Assembly (NCBI RefSeq): GCF_021028975.2
Contig: NC_059438.1
Span: forward strand, 25,854,001-25,918,000
DNA length: 64,000 nucleotides
Origin: Sphaerodactylus townsendi
Taxonomy: Eukaryota
Direction: 5' to 3'
The notes under the pieces are model-generated. The model made no database searches, was not told the origin of the DNA, and saw only the letters and a list, made by a program, of their open reading frames with translations. The number at the start of each line of letters is the position of its first letter. Position 1 is the first letter of the stretch. A program made the position numbers and the translations under genes. Positions 59,950-64,000 of the stretch are shown piece after piece.

Positions 59950-62200
59950 GATTCCTAGTTGCCTCTGATCTTGGGGGAGAGCAGCATGGATTATGTAGCT
60001 GGGACTGGGCTATCACAGCCATAGCTCCCCTGTCCTCAGCTGGCCTTCCATTGTGCTCTGGGGGATTGCTTGAGGCTTTGCACCGTCATCCTCCCTAAAC
60101 ATAACGTGACGACCTCTTGGGAATTTGTTCCCACCTTCCTCCAGGAAGTTCAGTTGTCCTCTCCTGTGTTTGATCCACACAACAGTCCTGGAAGGCAGGT
60201 GAGGCTGACAGCAGATGGGTGTCACAGGTGAGTGGCATTTTGAGCCTGCTTCTCTCCTGGCTGAATCCCACTCTCTTTCTTGATCTGCTTTGAAAAGCAA
60301 AATACATGTGGGCCTTCTGTTGACAGCCGTTGGTCATCGTCTCTGAAGATGCTCCCTGAAAGTATTTAATGACTGCTGTCGTTCGGTTAGACCTGGAGGG
60401 GAAAAGAATCGTCGTTCAACAGGTCTTAAATGTAGCCCTGTTGATTGTTTCGCAACACAGTTTGTGCCAACGATTCCTGGGTGTGCTACAGGCGGCATAG
60501 GCAAAATGGTTCATTTTTGGACAGGCAATTAATTCTAGTAGCTTTTGAATGGCTTGAATTTCTTGGGTTGTTCCTCAGCTGGCGATCCCTTCCCCAACCA
60601 GTTTGAAGCAGGACACTGGGGGACCCCGAACAATTAATCTTGCCCTTGATCGGCTTGAAGAGGTGCACCAGAAGAAGGACAATGGAGGAGGCACCTCCCC
60701 ATCAGGGATATGACGTGACAACTGGCCCGAAGCATCCACATTTGCCATTGTTTGTCCAGGTTTGTAGACCAGTGTGCAGTCATACGCTCTAAGCAAAATA
60801 TGTGATGGGGGTCTTAAGGGGGTAGTTCCATCGACTGAGAACGTTCCTAACAGCGGCTTGTGCTTCTTCTCAGTCAATTACTGCATCATTTCTTTCAGTG
60901 GAGGACATAGTTCTAGTGGTGTCACTGGACCTCCTGGTAACTTGTGGCCAAGCACATCTCCAACTCTAGCTGCAAGGACTTTGTGTTTGTTTTTATAATG
61001 CATCAGCTGGGCAACAGAAGTCAGGGACTTCTCAACGTGCTGAAATGCACCTTTGTGCTGGGGAGTCTAATCCCCAGGGAGGTCTTCGCTCAATCGGCAG
61101 TGGAGTGGCTCTCTAACGGCTGCCTTTGGTGGAAGGAAGAGGTGGTAAAAGTGGAGCAACTCCAGGAAGGCTTGAAGCTCCCATTTTGTTTTTGGAAGCT
61201 GGTACCTTCTCGTTGGTGGGACGAATGTCAGAAACATCAATGTGAAGTTCCAATTTAATAATTTTCTTTTTTAATATGAAGTCCTGATTTATCACAACAA
61301 CGTGGGATATTGTGCAACTAGACCCTCTGTGGAGCCCCTACCAGGACATCTTCAAAGTTTCAAATAACTCCTGGAACGCCGGACCATCAGGCCTCCGTGA
61401 ATTGTTGAACATTCTAGGATCCGTGGAAATGCTGAACTGGTGATTCTTTGCCCAGAAGGCTCCTCGATGTGTGATGATTGTTCAGGCCACGGCCTACCTG
61501 AAGGAGTGCCTGCGCCCATAACCCTGGTTCTGGTGGTACCTCCCCTGCCAAGGAGCAGGGGGCAGGGGCCTGCTGGTGAGCTGTCTCTGTGATTGACCCA
61601 GGCTCTGGCATCTCTCACCATGCACTTGTCCTTTATGGGTTGAGGTACATGGCAAAGACCTTCCTTTTCATCCAGGTATTTGGTTGCTGCTGATCTGGGG
61701 GGATGGGGTTGGGAGGGACTGGGGGTTATTTTAATGTGACTTTCATTGTTTTATTTGTGATATTTTTATTGTTTTTAACCTTTGTAAGCTGCCTAGAGAA
61801 ACTAGTATGTGGCGGGGTACAAATATTTTAAATAAATAAATCTGCTGTTGCACTGACAATCAGTTACCGATATGCTTGGGCAAGATCCAGTTTTACAAAG
61901 ACTTTTCCTCGAGCGAACTAACACCAACCCTGATGAGTACACCATTCAGACATTCCCCAAAACTGCAGGGGCTGAAGTGGTCTGAACACCCACAGATAGA
62001 AGGCACAACGTCTTTGGACACACACCACGCCTTCTAGCGCTGGATTCCAAAGGTCTACCTGTGCAACTCACCTGGATTGAGGGCTTGCTGACTCACCTTG
62101 GGCAGGTTTTGTTGTGGGCCCTTTGGCTTCCCTGGGAGCAAGAAGACTCACTTGGGGTCAAAGTCTTGGTCATCCCACACTGGTTCCATGACCGGATCTA
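59950..62200 (-). mobile_element. Decayed Ty3/Gypsy LTR retrotransposon internal region (gag?-RT/RNase H-integrase); boundaries approximate
   Basis: Minus-strand remnants in the expected order: AFQHVEKSLTSVAQLMHY..VGDVLGH (RT/RNase H junction, about 61050-60945), HKPLLG..LRAYDCTLVYKPGQTMANVDA (RNase H end, about 60860-60735), KFKPFKS..LPVQK and HPGIV (integrase zinc-binding region, about 60560-60465), TNG (integrase core, about 60330). Many stops and frameshifts; LTRs not located. Confidence 0.75.
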
Positions 62201-64000
62201 GACACGACCAACCCACCCGTTGTGTGGATCCTGACCTTTAGCATCTTCAGAGTGATACTTGGGCCACCAGTGGTTCCCAGCACAGATGGAGTAAGGCTGG
62301 GCTTTTGCTGTGGCTGCAAGCTTTCCATGTGTGACTCCTGGATCAGAGATTCTCTCTGGAAATATTTTTGCTGAGGTGGAAAGTGGCTTTTGAAGCAGAC
62401 CAGTCTTTCCTGGTGCATCATTGTGAGAAACATGGAAGTCCAGATGGTTTGGGAAACAAGGGAGGAAATTGGGGGTGGGGGGGGAAGCAACAGATCCCAA
62501 ATGAAGTGTTGAGGAAGCTCCAGCATAGTCCAGTCAGGAAGGGCATCCAAGCCATTGCAACATCCGTGCCGGTGGAGCAGCACTGCCCAAGGTGTGACCT
62601 TTGTGGTTTCCCGCTCCTGGTCCCAGCTCAGCGTCTCCTCGTCTGTAGACCCGGGAAAGAGGTGGGGCCTCCAGGGTCATGAGGGTCCATTGGGGGCATC
62701 TTCACCACCACGTGAAATGGAAGGGAGATATTTTGGGACTCACCAGTTTGTGCTCGGGAACTCTTCAGCTTCCGGATCTGGATTCAGCTTTTCTGTGTGA
62801 ACGGAGCCCCATAAGAATGGAAGGGGCCCTTGAGGCCAGATGTGCTGCAGATGTTGCAGAGATTTGGTTATTCGGGAGCTCTCTGCTGAGCGGCCCAAAG
62901 TGAGTGCCTCATGCTCTCCTGGCGCCAGGGCAGACAAGCGGCCGTGTATCTTCAGTGCCTGCCTGCCTGCCTGCCTGCCTGCCCGCCCCTCCTTGTGAAC
63001 TGCTCCTTGGTGGCTGATGTGGGCTTTCTGTGTAGCTTTTGCTCCTGATGTTCTGCCCGCATCTTGGGCTGGCATCTTCAGAGGCATCACAGTGAGGTGT
63101 GTTTCTTCCTTAGCGGACCAGGCTACAGCCCCACGGGGGCCCAGCTCCGTTGTCCTTGTTCCGGGCTTTTCTCTTTTCCGCCCGAACAGCAGCCATTCAG
63201 CTGCTCCAGTGGTGCTGGTCCTTGCTCCTTCTCCAGACCAGCATGGTGCAGCCCTGCAGCCCAGCCCAGCCCAGCCCTGCAGCGCTCACCTGTGGGAAGC
63301 TTCCAAGGGATGCCCTCCGCCCCCCTGCTCAGGTGCAGTCATTTACAAACACAATATTTGCACTGCTCCCTATTTTGATGGCCCACCAAAGTAACAGACA
63401 CAGCAAGCGGTCCTCCCCCCCCCCATCCCTGCCGCTTGCCGCCCCCTCCACAGAAAGCCTCATGAGCAAAGCAGAAGTGGGAGCTGCCCAAAATGGTGGG
63501 GGGGGGGGAGCAGCGGTCTCTTTGATCTCGAGGAGGGCACCAAGCGACGAAGAGTACGTAGAATCAAGGGAAGGGTGCAGTGTTTGGGGGACTCAGGTTG
63601 CCCGGGGTCATGCATTCATTTATTCATTACCTTTATTAGGCACAGGATAAAACAACAATCAGGCTAACAATAACAACAATAAAAGGTGATCAGGTGATCA
63701 GCAGGAGTGCACAGTTGTTGATGAAGCTGTTGCCAAAAACTTTGCTACGTGCGCAGTTCTTCTCGTGGTCTGTGGAGCCGGGTGAGGGGCTGCGGGGGGA
63801 GGAGAGACACATGAATTGCTGAGCGGCCGGCTTGCTACCGCCAGCCACGCCTCTGCCTGCAAGGGAGAATGGGCTTGTGTGAGTGTGCCTTTGGCAATAT
63901 GATATGAGGGAGGTACCAGGAGACATCTCCCTGAGGGAACTCCCGGCGGCCTACTACAGTTGCCTACTGCAGCTAATGTCTAGTAGCCTCGCTTGTGAGA

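Overview
Vertebrate genomic DNA, GC-rich with many G/C homopolymers. The repeat content (Squam3-like tRNA SINEs, CR1 and L2 LINEs, hAT MITEs) points to a squamate, probably a gecko. The window holds the 3' two-thirds of ZFHX3 (ATBF1, zinc finger homeobox 3) on the + strand as seven coding exons with canonical GT-AG boundaries: 15025-15259, 32123-32230, 37348-37478, 38416-38616, 44221-44323, 45076-50466 and 52055-53562. They total 7677 nt (2559 codons), every splice phase is consistent, and they correspond to human exons 4-10 as I recall them. A 3' UTR of about 3.4 kb follows. The giant exon carries tandem in-frame TAA TAA stops at 47115-47120 inside a short indel-rich patch upstream of all four homeodomains. 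This is most likely an assembly error, but it could be a real null allele or be rescued by a 60/66-nt exitron. The introns contain AT-rich, homeobox-motif-dense islands (candidate conserved enhancers), several hAT elements with 8-bp target site duplications (TSDs), LINE fragments and CTG repeats. One hAT element is a 148-bp hairpin and another appears to carry a captured exon. Downstream lies a decayed Gypsy LTR retrotransposon. There are three N gaps. No CRISPR array, RNA gene or clearly new multi-gene system is supported. Comparisons with human and mouse sequence are from memory, not a database search.
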